DNA of 63,987 nucleotides, the filler included, from Fonticula-like sp. SCN 57-25 (Eukaryota): the NCBI GenBank assembly GCA_001724245.1. It is 6 parts of 6 records of this genome, joined end to end, with 100 filler letters (N's around TTAATTAATTAA, not from the genome) between each part and the next. Parts side by side here need not be neighbours in the genome. Positions count along the whole stretch, not along the records: positions 11,257 to 21,767 come from MEDX01000234.1; positions 21,868 to 32,069 come from MEDX01000235.1; 4 more parts are not named here. One strand, written 5' to 3'. A program made the position numbers and the translations under genes. This document shows, in pieces, positions 11,257 to 25,041 of this stretch. The notes under the pieces were generated by a model that was not told where the DNA came from, did not search any database, and was given only the letters and a program-made list of their open reading frames with translations. Position 1 is the stretch's first letter. Each line of letters begins with the position of its first letter.

Positions 11257-12389
11257 GAAGGCGCATCCTTTGACATATGGCAGTACTCCAATGCGCTCAT
11301 ACTCTGCCACAACGTCGTACAGGCGCCAACCTAGCGGAGGGCGCGAACGACTTGATGCCACGGCCACGTGATCGGATAGAGCACGCTCGAGGGGCAAAGG
11401 TCGCTCTACGCAACGGGACGTTAATGGTGACTGCCGGTAGCGCGCCAAAGTGTGCGTACGGTGATTGTCGTGCTGCATGTTATGCGCTTGATGGTCGTGT
11501 TGTGCCTCCCGTGTTTCATCAGTCTCATCCTGCACGTGGTCCTCCATCTCGCCTGGCGGCGGCGCGGTGGCAATGATCTCATCAAGCATATCGGCCGGCC
11601 GCTCGGCATGGTAGGCAATGCGAGCGATGCGTCATTGCCCAGGGGTTGCTGCCGTTGTCCAGAGGAAAGGCGGCCAAGTTTAGCTGCTTGGTGAGCAGAG
11701 TGGCATGGGAGAGGGATGTAAAGCCCGTGAAACGAAACAGACGCCCGTCACGGCAAACAATCTCCAAAATATGGAACGGCGCCGACGACACTGACGACGC
11801 TACAGCAGCGGAAGCGACAGGCGGCAGCGGGTTGGACGACGCAGCATCTGCTGCCTCCCCTAGCTGAGGTGCCAAATTCTGGTTCGAAGAGGATGCACCA
11901 ATGGGGGCGGCCAATGAAAGGTGGTCAGAAGTAAGCGGCGCGAGAGGTGCAGACGATAGGTTCACCTTGCGGATGAGGCCCAGCGGGAGTTCGAATACAG
12001 ACTACAGCGGCATGTTAGAGCAAATCAACAAAAGAAGGTGTACAAAAAGGAACAACAATAATATCATTAAGAAAGCTCACTGAATAGACGTGACAAAGGT
12101 TTGCAAAACAAAAATGAACGGATCCTACCAAAAGAGCGACGTACGCGGGTTGTACTGTTGACTTGCACAAACATGACGCGGATGTTGGTGATCGAAATCG
12201 TTCCACTCTGCCAGCCTCGCAAGCAATGCGAATAGTGAATGTTGCGCACTAGATGTGACGCAGGCACCCTCGTGTAAGCATTCCCATGAATTGCCGTGGG
12301 CACGATCGCGTACTTTTTGAAACGATTCGTTCCCCCGGCCATAGCGGTGGGTCATCGTGCTCCTGAAACGCCATGGACGCCTGCATCAT
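11257..12389 (-). CDS. Myotubularin-family phosphoinositide phosphatase, 5' part (PH-GRAM to start of phosphatase region), truncated by a linker
   Basis: PPLWPGE; GTISITNIRVMF; LEIVCRDGRLFRF; AAFP; GWRLYDVVAEYERIGV (MTM-type GW.VY...EY.R.G). Start codon uncertain. Confidence 0.75.
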
Positions 12390-13103
12390 AACCTGACAGC
12401 TAAATATAAATACAACCGTTCTAAACAGCAACCCAGCCTCCCTCTGGCATCGTTGATTTGCCTAAACCCATCGGACAAAGTAGTTCATACCTGAAACTCG
12501 AGACGGTGTTGCAAAGACGAGTCGGGAGAGGTCGATCGTGCCGCCATGACCTCGTACTTCTATATTCGATGTCCGCCCAAAGGGTTTAACAAGTAAAACG
12601 CCACCTACGCAAACTACAGGATATAGAGCGTGTGCTAAAGACGATCGGCTTCCGAGATCCGCGCGCTGACGTAGGTTGTGGTCCTGACAGCCGCTTAACA
12701 GCGAGCTCGCAGGACGCAAATCACAAATCAGAAGGGAATCAGGCATAATCAGGCGCCAATAAGGGCAAAACTCGACCTGGGCCAGCAAAACACCATCACA
12801 TGATCTGCCACAGCCTTGCCACACGCCTGTCAAAAACTGTGTTGGCTCCCTTTCCAGTTTTTAGTTGGTTTCAGTCTGCAGCTCAGGACGAAATCAGAGT
12901 GACGCTTAAAAGGTTTGTCCGACCGGTGTCATCTCTGACAGTCGACTTTGCCTGCGGAGCCGCTCGGCCAGTTGCCTTTGCAGGCTTTTTATTGGAACCG
13001 AACGGTAGTGCGGCCGGGCTTTGTTGCGACCCGCCTGCAGAAAGAGCAGTAGGGTAGCTGACGTACATCGCGGAGCGCCCCGGCAGCGGTACCTGTTAAG
13101 AAG

Positions 13104-16100
13104 ATGGGCGACGAGGAGCAGAGCGGGGTATACGAAGGGGGCAAAAGCACCTTTGTCGCCCGCTTTCTGAGTACCAAGCATTCGTGGAAGGGCAAGTACA
13201 AGCGCATCTTCTCCATCGCTGACAACTGGTACGACCCCGCAAGGAGAGCTTTGCACATGTGGGAGAGGGAGAAGTGATTGTTGAAAGGGCTATAGATGGG
13301 CAAGGGAATGGTTATGGACGTGTGTTTCATCCGCCTGTTGCCTGTTTCTCTCTATTGCATTGTTATTTTTGCTTTACTGACGCGCGGGACCCAGTATTGT
13401 CACGGTGAACCCGCTAACGTGGGAGGTCACGAACCGGTGGGCGTTTCACGATGAATTCGTTGACATCGTTCCGACGCCCAAGTCTACCGAGTTTGTACTG
13501 ACGATAAGAAAGAACAAGACGACCACCCGGACGTCCACCGAGACGTTCTCGTCGATGCAGAGGGCGCATCTTCTGACCTATTTGCAGACGTACCGCAACT
13601 CGTTTGTGTTGCAGCCCAAGCCCTTTGAGCAGTTTTCTGCTCGCAAGCTGTCGTGGAGCGGGCAGGCAAAGTCGTCCACTCTGATTGTGACCGCAGCGGG
13701 CATAGAGCAGGTGGGCGCAGGCGTTCGCCGCACCTCGCTGTGCACATACTTTTACAGGGACATCGAAAGCATCGTAGTGATGAGCGATGTTCCCGGCGGT
13801 TTTGCCATCAAATGTACGATCGATCATTTTGCGCAAGCCCGTGGAGTGGGTTTTGTTGAATGAGTAATGTTACTGACGCCGTTGTTGTAGATGGCGGATT
13901 TGGTCGGCAGCACATCTTTGCTGTTGAGAACCGCGATGACTTTTTCCGCAAGGTGCAGGGGATGGCGCTTGCGATGATTGGCATCGAGCTGCGAGTAGCC
14001 GTAGACACGCCGCTGTCTCGCATGGACACGGAGCTCGGCCGTCTCGGCGTCTTTGGCGACGATGAGTCTATCACGTCACTCGCCGAATTCAAGTACGGTG
14101 ATCAGCGGGGTTGGTTAACGGTGACTGATGTAGCTTTACTATAGGGTGTACAAGGAATCAACGCGGTTCGAGGATCCGGTTTCGCGCATTCTGTGCTTGA
14201 CAGAGAAATGCATCGTGGAGCGCGATCCGTCCTCTTATGGTATGTCTTGCGCATGATTTTGAACGATTTTCTAAGTGGGGGGGGGTAGCCATTGTGACGA
14301 TTCGTCCTTTGAGCCATGTGTTTGCGCTCATTCGCTATGACGAGGATCCTCAGAAGTTTGCCATCGAGCACAAGGTACGATTATTAGGCAGCATATAAAT
14401 GTGGATGTGAAAGTGGCTGCGTCCCTTTATTGTAGGTCCCGTTTGCTTCTCGCTCACTCGTGTGCAGTCTGGCCATGTCCGCCGCTACTTGACCAATGAG
14501 CGCGAGTCTTTGCTTGCGTCTCTGCTGGATGGCGTACGCGGGAGCGGTAATCGCGACGTTTGCGTCAAGATGTCGGAGACAGTTGTGTTTAACCGTGTCG
14601 GCTCGTGGCACCAGTCTGTTGATGAGGAGGTGCAACTTGTGTACTTGCGCGCGCTGGCCCACTTTGACCCGAGCGTGGGCATCACGTTTGACCAGCTGGT
14701 GGGCCGCTTCAACGTGAACGTGGACTATAGCGGTCTGCATCTGCGCGAGATCGTAGATAGCAAGGAGACCGAGCTCATCCACGCGGCGCTCAACAACATT
14801 CTCACTCTCGGCGCGGCATCCTTTGAGGCCTCCCCGGCCGCCGCCATCGAGCAGTTTGAGTGCCTTCGTAGGCTTCTCGCTAGCAAGGTCGGCTTTGAGG
14901 CCTTCACCTCACTTGAAGGTCTCAGGGGCGGCCTTGGGAAGCGCATTATGTCGGCCATTAGAAAGACCTCGGACGGAGTCAAGTATGCCGCCGTCGACAT
15001 GATGGGAGCATTGCTCAAGCCCCAGCACGACTTTTACGACCCCGCACAGGAGCAGCTCAACAAGAAGAGTCTCTTGTCGTCAAAGGCCTTTGTGCAGACG
15101 TACGTTGTTATATTTACACCTCGCTATCTTGCTCATCTGGAATTAGATTGGCAACCTTGCTGGGTACCCACGCGCAGCTTGGAACAGGAGCGCTTGTGGC
15201 GTCCTCGTTGATTGACTTTTTCACCTTTGCGCTCTGCGAGCCGTACAGCCAGACCACCGACGCTGAGCAGTTTGACATGGTCCTTGTATGTAGTTGCCCC
15301 TTTTGTACGGCATTGGCTATTTTTCTCACCTTTGTATTAGGGCCTTGTTGCGGACCTCGGTCGCAGTCTTTTCAAGCTTTTCCAGCACCCTTCGATTGCC
15401 ATTGTCAAGGGCGCTGGCCTGCTGATGCGCGCGATGATCGAAGAGGCATCCCCCGAGCAGCTTGCGCGCCTCCAGGCGCTCGCCCTCGCCGAGGGCGCCG
15501 TACTTAAGCATCTGCAGACGGCTTTGTTTACAGCCTCGACGGACGCGCGTCTGCTCGCGAGTCGAGAGCTGAGCCGTCAGCTGTTAAGCCTTTGGACCGG
15601 GACTGACAACCCGCAAGCGTTGGAGCTTTTGCTGCGCGCCATCCCTCCGGGTCTTGTGGTGTTCCTCGACAGCAAGGAAGTACCTCCCGAGGATGAATTC
15701 GTCGACCTGGACGCGCGGGACAAGCGCGCAGGTGAGCGGCCCAAGCGACTTACGCAAGTTGAGGTGCGTAGTTAAAAAGAAAGGTGGAATAGTATATATA
15801 GGGCAGGGTCCGGTCCTTTCCATCATCGCGGTTCTGTCGTATTGCGTTCTTTGCTCCCTTTCTCTCGCTTTGGGTTTTGCTGACATTGTTGCCTCCTATT
15901 AGAAATGGATTTCGCATTGGCACAATCGCGATTGGCTGCGTACCACGCCCAAGCCGAAGGGCCCCCAGCGCACTGTCGTGATTCGCCAGCGGCGCACTCG
16001 CGAGCGGAACGAGCGCAACTGGCCCATGTTCTATTATCAATTTAGGCAGGACCACTCGCGTGTTGACCTCATTTGGAACCACAAGACACGTGAAGAACTG

Positions 16101-19100
16101 CGGGAGGCGCTCGAAGCAGAGCTTCGCGCGTTCAACATTGATCGCGACCTTGGCGGTTTGACGTTGGCCGTGTCCTGGAACCATGTGGAGTTTGAAGTCA
16201 AGTACGAGTCGCTGTCTGAGGAACTCAAGATCGGTGGCAACTATGTCAGACTTCTTTTGGAGCAAGGTATGTGCATTTGTGTGAATGGAAGCAATTCGTT
16301 TTGGTTGAAGTCAGGGTTTGATACCGTTTGTGGGATTCTTGCGTTGTCGTCGTGTGCTTTGTATCTGACCAGCGTCTGCGTAGGTCTGATGGGTCATGAT
16401 CTCCGTGAGCCTTCCGAGTTCTTCTACGACCTGTATCATCGCTTTCTGCTGAGCACCAGCAGCAAGATGCGCAACTTGTGCTTGCAGGCGATGGCCATTG
16501 TTTACCAGCACTACTATGCTGTAATTGGACCTTTTGCTGATACGAGCTTCCTCGTCCACATGCTCAACACGACACTGTCAAAGTTGGAGCGCGACCATCT
16601 CATCCAGTTTATTGACAAGGTATGATATTACACGGTGATGTGGAGGGGAGATGAAATGGTGATGGGGAGAGGTCAAGTGTGATTTTTGTTGGTTGCGGTT
16701 GGTTTGAGGACCCTGACTTATTTTGGATTTCCCTCCTAGCTGTTGTATCACCGCGAAAACATCAAGCACTTTTTGGACGCGTCGGGTGTGCGCATCTTTA
16801 TTGATTTGCTCACGCTGTGCCACCTGCACACGGACCGCGCCCAAACTCCGCTGCAGTCAAACATGCTGGAAGCCGGAGATATTAAGCGCGAGAGCGAGAA
16901 GGAGTGGTATTATAGCGACTCGTCGAATCAGCAGCAGGGACCGTTCAGCATTGAAGAGTTCAAGCGTCTCTACCAGGAGGAAGTGGTGCGATAGCACTTT
17001 TGTTCTGACTGGTTTGCGTTTTTACTCACTGTTCGATAGATCCGCGGCGAGACCAAGTGCTGGGCGCAGGGAATGGACGGCTGGCGCAAGCTGTCGACCA
17101 TTGCTCAGCTCAAGTGGAGCCTGATGGATACTGTGACGTCGCTTATGAACGAGACCCAGATGGCCACCCTCATCTTGGATGCCTTCATTCGTATCTGCGA
17201 GCTGTTCCCTTCGCGCGACTTTGAGAATGCGGTTATCAGGCCGCTTCCGCGGATCAAGCGCATGCTTAGCGACAACCTGTGCCTTCCTCACCTCGTCAAT
17301 GTGTTCCTCACGTTTGACCCGGCGCTCGTGGAGAAGACAGCGGTGCTCCTCACAAACATCATGCAGGATAACCCGAACGTTCCGAAGGTATGTTGCCATT
17401 CAAGGGGCGGGGATGCAGGTCGTGGGAGATAGGTTCACAATTATTCGAACGGATTATCTGCCGGTTTTGTGATATACCCTCTGCTTCGTCCCTCCTTTTT
17501 TTTATGTGTTTTTTTGCATTCTCTGACCTCTTTTGGTTAGCTCTTCCTTACTGGCTGCTTCATGTTTGCGCTCATGTACACGGGCTCGAACCTTCTCCCG
17601 CTTGCTCGCTTCCTCGAGGCGACGCACGACAAGCAGGCATTCCGTGCCGAGGAAGATGCCCCCGCGGCGCACCCGATGGCTCAGAGGAGTGTGCTCTCCG
17701 CTTTGCTGCCGACGGCTATGGTTTGCTTCTTGCAAAACCACGGTTGCGAAAAGTTTAGCTCGGTCTTCTTGGGCGAGTTTGACACGCCAGAGGCCATCTG
17801 GAGTCATGAGATGCGCCGTTACATGATTGAAAAGATTGCCGTTCACATCGGTGACTTTTCTACCAGGTACGATTTAGTGGAATGGCGGATCTGGGTGGGT
17901 GTTTGAAGGCTGGATGTGCTTTTGGGGTTCCTAGTGGGCTTGCATGGCGGCGGCTCTTGTGAATTTTCTTTTTCCCATTTTGTGTGTTTCTTTGCCCCTT
18001 CTAATGTTCTTGCGCAGGCTTTTGTCGAACACGCATGCGCTGTATCCCTACCATCCGATCCCTACGCTGCTCTATCCGCAACTTCAAAGCGAGCTGTTCT
18101 GCAACATTTATTTCCTCCGCCACTTGTGCGATTCCGCGCGATTCCCGTCGTGGCCTATCAGCAAGCCGGTGGAGCTGCTCAAGGACGTGCTGGATGAATG
18201 GAAGCGCGAAGTGGAGAAGAAGCCCTCGGCCATGAGTGCAGACAAGGCGTACGAGGCTCTTGGTCTTGGTGGTGACGGCGCGGCCGCTATTACGGAAAAT
18301 GACATTCGTAAGGCGTACTTCAAAATGGCCGCCAAGTACCACCCGGATAAGAACCCGGACGGTCGCGAGATGTTTGAGCTGTACGTTTTCCACCGCGAGG
18401 GAGGGGATCACCGTCTCCAATATTAACTGCTGTTGCTTTCTTTAGTGTGAACAAGGCCTATGAATTCCTCGTGTCGACAAGCAAGACCCGTTCCGAAGGT
18501 CCCGATCCGGCGCGCATCGTCCTCCTTCTGCGCACGCAGTCGATTCTGTTCTCGCGCTATGGCAAGATCTTGGCGCCCTACAAGTATGCTGGTTACCCCA
18601 TGCTCATTAAGACCATCCAGCTAGAGACTGCCGACGAGAAGCTCTTCTCGCGCGAAACTCCGCTGCTCCCTGCCGCTAGCGAGCTTGCGTACCATACTGT
18701 TTACGTGTCTGCGCTGAACGCTGAGGAGCTTCGTCGTGAGAACGGCATTGATGTTGTCGCGAGCGCTCTCTCTCGGTGCATGGACGTCGTCGGTGTCAAG
18801 ACGAAGAATGAGGACACTGCGGCTGTTGTCTCTATGTACATTGTCAAGCTGCTTGGCGTCGCTGCTGGGTTTGACGCATGCTGCGAAAAGATTGTGGAGC
18901 AGCCAGAGATTGTCAGGAACGTTGCCCGCTGCCTCTACTACAAGGATATTTCAATGCTTGCGTTGGCTGCCTTGGAGTGTGCTGTCGGATTCGGTCGCTC
19001 CGCTGCACTTCAGAATCTGATGGCTGATTTCGGCGCAATCTGGCATCTCGTCGGTTATCTGTTCCGCTACGACTACACGCTGGCCGAAGGTGGCATTGAG

Positions 19101-21338
19101 GCTGCCGTCGAGTCCAACAAGCAAGAGACGGCCAATCACAGTGCCGTCATGGCATTCAGGGCGCTTGGACGCATGGGAGGCTACCTCACCGGCACTATTC
19201 AACTCAAGCGCGATCTTGCGGAGAGCGTTGCAGTGTCTGAACCAGACACTGAACTCACTGTGGAGGAGGCGAGCTCTCTTGCGGGACAGAACGAGCTTGA
19301 TCTTACGTCGCCTGTGAACGACCGCGTGCGTCGGGCGATGGAGGGCCTTTTGACGTGGCATCTCGCTCGTCAGCTGTCGAGCGTGAGCGCGTCGAGTGCG
19401 CTGAAGATGATCAACAGCAATGCCGAGAACCCCTATCTCATCTGGAACAATGGTATCCGCGCCGATCTTCTTGAGTATGTTGAGCGGCAGGGCGGTACCG
19501 TTGTGCGTATTGGTGAACAGGACGAAGACCTTGGTGCCTCTTTCCTCGCAGCCGATCTCAAGGGAGAGTACAAGGTCGGCAATGTCTACCTTCGCATTTA
19601 CATTGACCAGCCTTCGTTCGTTCTCGAGGACACGGACGGCTTTGTCAACGCGCTGGTAGTGCGTCTTCGTGCGCTTGGAGAGGTGCTGTACCGCCCCGCA
19701 CCGCCTCAGCCGCCGGAGGACGCACCTGCCGACTCGGAGCAAGCTCAAGCAGTCGCCAAGTACGCCGAGGACCGCACTGCTGCATGCCGCGAGTCGTCGA
19801 TGTGCTTGCACGCCCTCGCGACTGTTCTCTCGAATCACCCCGAGTCAGCGACGCTTTTGGTTGCAAAGTTCAAGTTGCTCTTTTATTTCTTGCGCGTGGA
19901 CGACGACGAGGAGGTGCAGGTTCGCGCGCTACAGGCAATTGGGAATGCGCTGGGCAACCGCGATTGCGTCACTGCGATCGGTGAAGCAGGCGTGCTGCAG
20001 AATGTGCTTTTGCTTGTGGCCACTCTGCCTGTGGCTCATCCCGAGATTCTCGCTGCGCTGCAGGGCTTGTTCTCGAGCCCAAAGATTGTTGCGGAGGGTC
20101 TCGCCAAGGGCGCCCTCATCTACATGCTGCAGCTCGTGTGCAACTCCAAGAACCCCGCTGTTCGCATCGGTGCCGCGTTGGTCATTACCAAGATGGCCGC
20201 CGATAAGCTCCACGGCCCGCGCGTCGTCCTCGCTCTTGCAAAGTACCTTCCGCCCATCTTTTTGGATGCGATGCGCGAAAGTCCCGAGGCAGCCGTGCAC
20301 ATGTTTGAAGGAACACACGAGAATCCCGAGCTCATCTGGGAGGACGAAACGCGGCAGCGCGTTCAGCAGACCATCAAGAAGCTGTGTCGGACGTTCTACG
20401 AGGAGCAGTCGGCCAATCCTATTGCGTGCCGGTGGAGCGTTCCCATGGACATGGTGCCGATTTACCAGTCTGCGTCGCAGGAATTCTGTGTGGGTGGAAT
20501 CTTCCTTCGTCTCTTCCTCAAGCAGCCCAACTGGGGCCTGCGCAATCCGAAGGATTTCCTGACCGCACTTTATGACAAGATGTTTGAGGAGGCGAACGCG
20601 AACGTGATGAATGCGAATCCCGACACTGCAGCTGTGGAAGTGCCTGAGGAGCCTATCCGCAGTGTTGCAGAGGCTATTGTCCTGCTCGTCAAGGTGCAGA
20701 CAGTGCTTGCGTCGTACTTGTTCTCCCTTGGTCTGGTGCAGCGGACTTTTTCGCTTATGCGGAGCCCGCAAAAGAGCGTGCTCGTTGCAGCTGCGCTCGT
20801 GTCGCACGAGCTTGCAAGCCACCAAGTCTGCGTCGAAGCCATGACCGCGTTCCCCAGTATCGAGCTCATGATGTCGCTCATGCGAGGTGCACCGTCTCAG
20901 CTCCACCTTGCAGCCGATACGCTGAGGCTCATGTTTGAGTCTACGCTCGCGCCAGAGAAGGGTAGTCTCGTCAAGAACGCGCTGGACGCGCAGTTGATCC
21001 CCTTCGTGATGGGGATTCTCGACAGTGCGCTCGAGATTGATAACTCGTCCGCTGTCAAGGCGCAGCTCGTGAAGGCAATGAAGGCGATGACGAGAGATGT
21101 TACGTACGGAGAGGCGGCTAGACAAGAGCTCGATGCATCACCCGTGTGGGCGTCGTTCCGTGATCAGCGACATGACCTGTTCCTGACCACTGATACTGTC
21201 AGGGGTCTGCTTACTGGCCCTACCGGGCCGTCGACAAAGGGGTACCTGACTAGCAGCACTACGCCGTCTGCGAGCGTTGCGAGGGTGACCATGGGAGGAG
21301 AGTCGAGGAGTGTGTTTAAGCCTCCGGAGCTGGACTAA
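13104..21338 (+). CDS. DNAJC13: RME-8 / DNAJC13 endosomal J-domain protein, multi-exon
   Basis: N-terminal [18 protein letters not shown] repeats ([21 protein letters not shown]); GYF_2 ([18 protein letters not shown]); J domain [34 protein letters not shown]. Confidence 0.96.
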
Positions 21339-21767
21339 ACAAGTCGTAGATGGCGATAGAGATTAATCATTTGCTTTGTTTTCTATTCTTTCTTTGAATA
21401 CCCTCTTGCGCATTCATTCTTTTGTCTCGGTGTCGTGCGCCGTCCAGACACGCTTGCTGCTTATCTTGACGGTGTAATGATTTATCCTTTACTTTCTCTT
21501 GCTACAAACCGAACAATAAGAATCATTGTGCTGAGTATGTGAATGATGCTTTGGGTCCACCTGATGCGAAATAATTGTATGAACAGCTCTTGAGTTCACC
21601 GTCAATATGCAAGTAACCGAGCAAGATGCACACCGGTCAGCCGTCTAGTTACCGCGAGAGGAACACGGCATCATCCTGTCAATAGTGTGACGTACCTTTC
21701 GCGTGAGTGCACGGCGATTGTGTCGCGCCAATACTGCTCAAGCATTCTTAGTCGTCAGAGTTGTCTG

Positions 21768-21867
21768 NNNNNNNNNNNNNNNNNNNNNNNNNNNNNNNNN
21801 NNNNNNNNNNNTTAATTAATTAANNNNNNNNNNNNNNNNNNNNNNNNNNNNNNNNNNNNNNNNNNNN
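21768..21867. other. Artificial contig linker
   Basis: N44-TTAATTAATTAA-N44. Confidence 0.99.
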
Positions 21868-21928
21868 TTTGGCACACTCTTTTTTTCGATCCCCGTCTTC
21901 GAGAGAGTATCTTTAGCAACTTTTCATC

Positions 21929-22661
21929 ATGTCTGAGGCTGGCCTGAACTTTGACTTCCTGTACAAGGAGGACCCCGCCCTCAAGGATCTTGACGTTGCC
22001 AAGTACCGCACGCTCGGCTCTGATGCCGACATTGCCGCCGTCAAGGCCGCCCTCGAGGCCAAGACCCACAAGGTCTCGGTTGTCGAGAACGGCGCTGCCG
22101 CCCTTGAGCTCCTCAAGAACGCCATCCCCGCTGGCGCCTCGGTCAACACTGGCCACTCGACCTCGCTGGTTCGTCTTTTTCACTTTCTTCGTCTCGCTTA
22201 CTAATCCCGCGTAGATTGAGATTGGCTTTGTTGAGCACCTCAAGGTCCAGACCGCGTGGGACAACATCCACGGCAAGCAGCTCGCCGAGACTGACCCGGC
22301 CAAGAAGGCTGCCCTTGCGCACCAGGGCATCACCCCCAACTACTTTGTCGTCGGCGCGAGCGCCATCACCAAGACTGGCGAGATCGTCTCGGGCGATCTT
22401 ACCGGCACCCGCGTGAACGGCATCCTCGGTGCCGACAATGTCATCCTCCTTGTTGGCGCCAACAAGATCGTCGCCGACGAGGCTGCCGGTCTTGACCGCC
22501 TTCACACCTTCTGCCACGCCGTCGAGAGCGCCCGCTCGCGCATCGTGTACAAGGTTGCCGGCTCGTACGTGAACAACGTCGTCGTCGTTCGCGGTGCCAA
22601 CCCGTGGGGCGCCCCCGGCCGCATCCACGTCGTTATCGTCAAGGAGAGCCTCGGCTTCTAA
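21929..22661 (+). CDS. LUD-domain (lactate utilisation LutC/YkgG, DUF162-like) protein, 2 exons
   Basis: IPAGASVNTGHSTSL|IEIG; ASAITKTGEIVSGDLTGTRV; VILLVGANKIV; RIHVVIVKESLGF C-terminus; intron ~22169-22214 (GT..ctaat..TAG). Confidence 0.85.
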
Positions 22662-22888
22662 ATGTGTAGTGTACTGTTGTGTCTATTTCCAATACATGTC
22701 TATTTCCATATTCATGCAGAAAACTTTATATTCATCGACCTTATAACAGGGAAATCGTCGAAGGGCAATTAGGCCATTGACCGAAAATATATGACTTGTA
22801 AAGAGGCAGTGACCATGAACGGGCAAAAAAGAAAAAAGGATAGCTAAAAGCGCGCACGCCCAGGCCACGCGGACGACAGTCTACACTG

Positions 22889-24997
22889 CTATTTTGTGGC
22901 GGCGCTGCCCTCGGAGGAAGCCTCCTTGTCACCGCCCGCCGCCTTTTCACTCTTCACCTCTACAGCCACCAGCTTGCGAGGCTCCTGCGCGGTGCTCTTG
23001 GCGGCAGCCGGGGCTTCCGTGCTGGATTCCCGCTTGGAGCCGCCCTTTGCCTGCGGCGTCGTCTCCTTGGTCACCTTGCTGTCGGGCTTTTTCCGCTCCT
23101 CGCTCGTGTCGTCGTCGTCCGAGGCCTTGCGCTTATTCGAGGCGCTCTTGTCGAGGGCGCCGAGCATCGGAAGCGGGAACTCGGGCACGGGCGTCTCGGG
23201 CTCGGGGCGCGGCGGCGCGTCGCCGGCCTCGCGCAGCAGCGCAGACGCGGCGGGGAGCACCGTCGTGGTGTCGGCCGGCTTGTCGGCGTCCGCGGCGGCG
23301 CCTTCGTCCGTCGTGGGTGCCGTCGGCGACCCCTCGCGCTTCTACACTCACGCCGGTTAGAACAAGGTAGACAAAAGAAGCGGATCTGTGCGCACCGGCG
23401 GCTCGGTGGTGCCGTCGCCGATGCTCGGGAGCGCCGTTGTCGACGGGAGCTGTAGTCGCGCGTCAGATATGGGCGACCAGCAAGAGTGCAATGAAACGTA
23501 CCGGTGCGGTCGCGTTTGCAGCCGCAGGCGCCGCGCCAGCAGGGGCGGCGGCGTCGGCTCCAGCGGCGGTTCCGGCGGGGAGCGTCGGCCTGCGGGCGCG
23601 TTAGGGTCAATGCAAGGCGCGCAAAAGGCATACCTGAAGCCGCTGGTGATCTGCTGCTTGAGGGCGGCGAGGCGGTGCTTGATCTGGACGTTTGTGTGGT
23701 CGAGGTCGGCCGCCCGCTGGTACGCGTCGAGCGCGTCGTTCGTCTGGCTGCACGCCTCGTACAGCGTGCCGAGGTCGAACCACACCTCGGACATGTACGG
23801 GTTCAGGCGGATGGCGCGGCTGTATGCGTCCAGGGCGTCGCGGTACTGGTTGATCTGAAAGTAGAGGACGCCGATGGAGCACCAAAAGGTCGGATTCCTG
23901 TTGTCGCGGTACACGGCCTGCTGGTACGCGTCGTACGCCTTGGTGTACATCTGCTGCGCCATGTAGACGCGGCCGAGAAGATACCACGACTGCGTGTCCG
24001 TCGGGTCTGTAGAGAGGAAACAATCAGCAAACCAGACCAAGAAAAAGAGAAAAGCGCACCGATATCAATGGAGCGCGTCAAAAGCTGAGCGGCGGTCTCG
24101 TTGTTGGCGAACGGCGTCGGCTGGTGGTAGAGCCAGCCGAGCTGCTGGAGGGCCTTGGGGTGGTTCACGTTCTCCGCCAGCGTGCGCTCGTACGCCTCGC
24201 GCGCCCGGACAAGCTGCAAAAACAAAACAAAGAGTCAGTGGCAGCAGTGGCGGGTATACTGCAACGCACCTCCTTTTGCTGCTCGTAGACGTGGCCGATT
24301 TGAAAGTGAATGTCGGCGCTCGTGAGCGGGTGCGGCGGGTTCGACACGATAAAGTTGAAGCATTCGAGGCTGTGCGAAAACTTGCGCTCCTGCTTGTATA
24401 TAATGCCCAACCGAAAGTAAATCTCGTTGGCCTTTTCAAACTTGGGGTCCATCTGGATGACGGCCGTGAAGGCCTCCTCCGCGTGGTCGAGCGAGCCGTA
24501 GCGATCGTACAGGATGCCAATGCCGTACCAGAGCTTCGGATCCTTCGGGTTCGGCAAGTGATACAGCGCCTGCTGGTAGGCGGCGTACGCCTTGTGCAAA
24601 TCGTCCAGCATGAGGTAGCAATGGCCGAGCGCGCCCCAGATCTCTCCGTTGGCATTTTCTATATTGAGAATCCGCTGAAAGTACTCAACGGCCTAGCGCG
24701 ATTCGTAAGCAACCGCAAAAAAAGGCGCAAAGCAAAGACCGGTACCTTGGGAAACTGCTCCCGAATACGGCAAAGCGACGCTACCTGCGTGAGGGCCTTG
24801 ACGCTGTACGGATTGTGGCGAAGCGCGTTCTCGTACGCCTCGAGAGCCCGGTCGTGCTCTCCCATGAGCTCGCTTAGTGAGCCTGCGACGGAATTAGCTG
24901 GCGCCATTACCGCGCGCAAAACGTACCCAGCTGCAGCCACGTGTGCTCATTCATAGCAGTGACTTTTTGAATGATCGTTGACCCTCCTTGCTGCGCC

Positions 24998-25041
<44 letters not shown>

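Noticed and set aside
18951-21125. Long antisense ORFs (also 34700-35842, 37941-39143, 25911-26744, 27621-30593)
   Set aside because: Shadow ORFs caused by GC-rich codon usage of the recognised genes on the opposite strand.
21400-21767. Possible C/D snoRNA (ATGATG..CTGA) or gene end downstream of RME-8
   Set aside because: Box C is imperfect, no rRNA-antisense guide was recognised, and the region is truncated by a linker.
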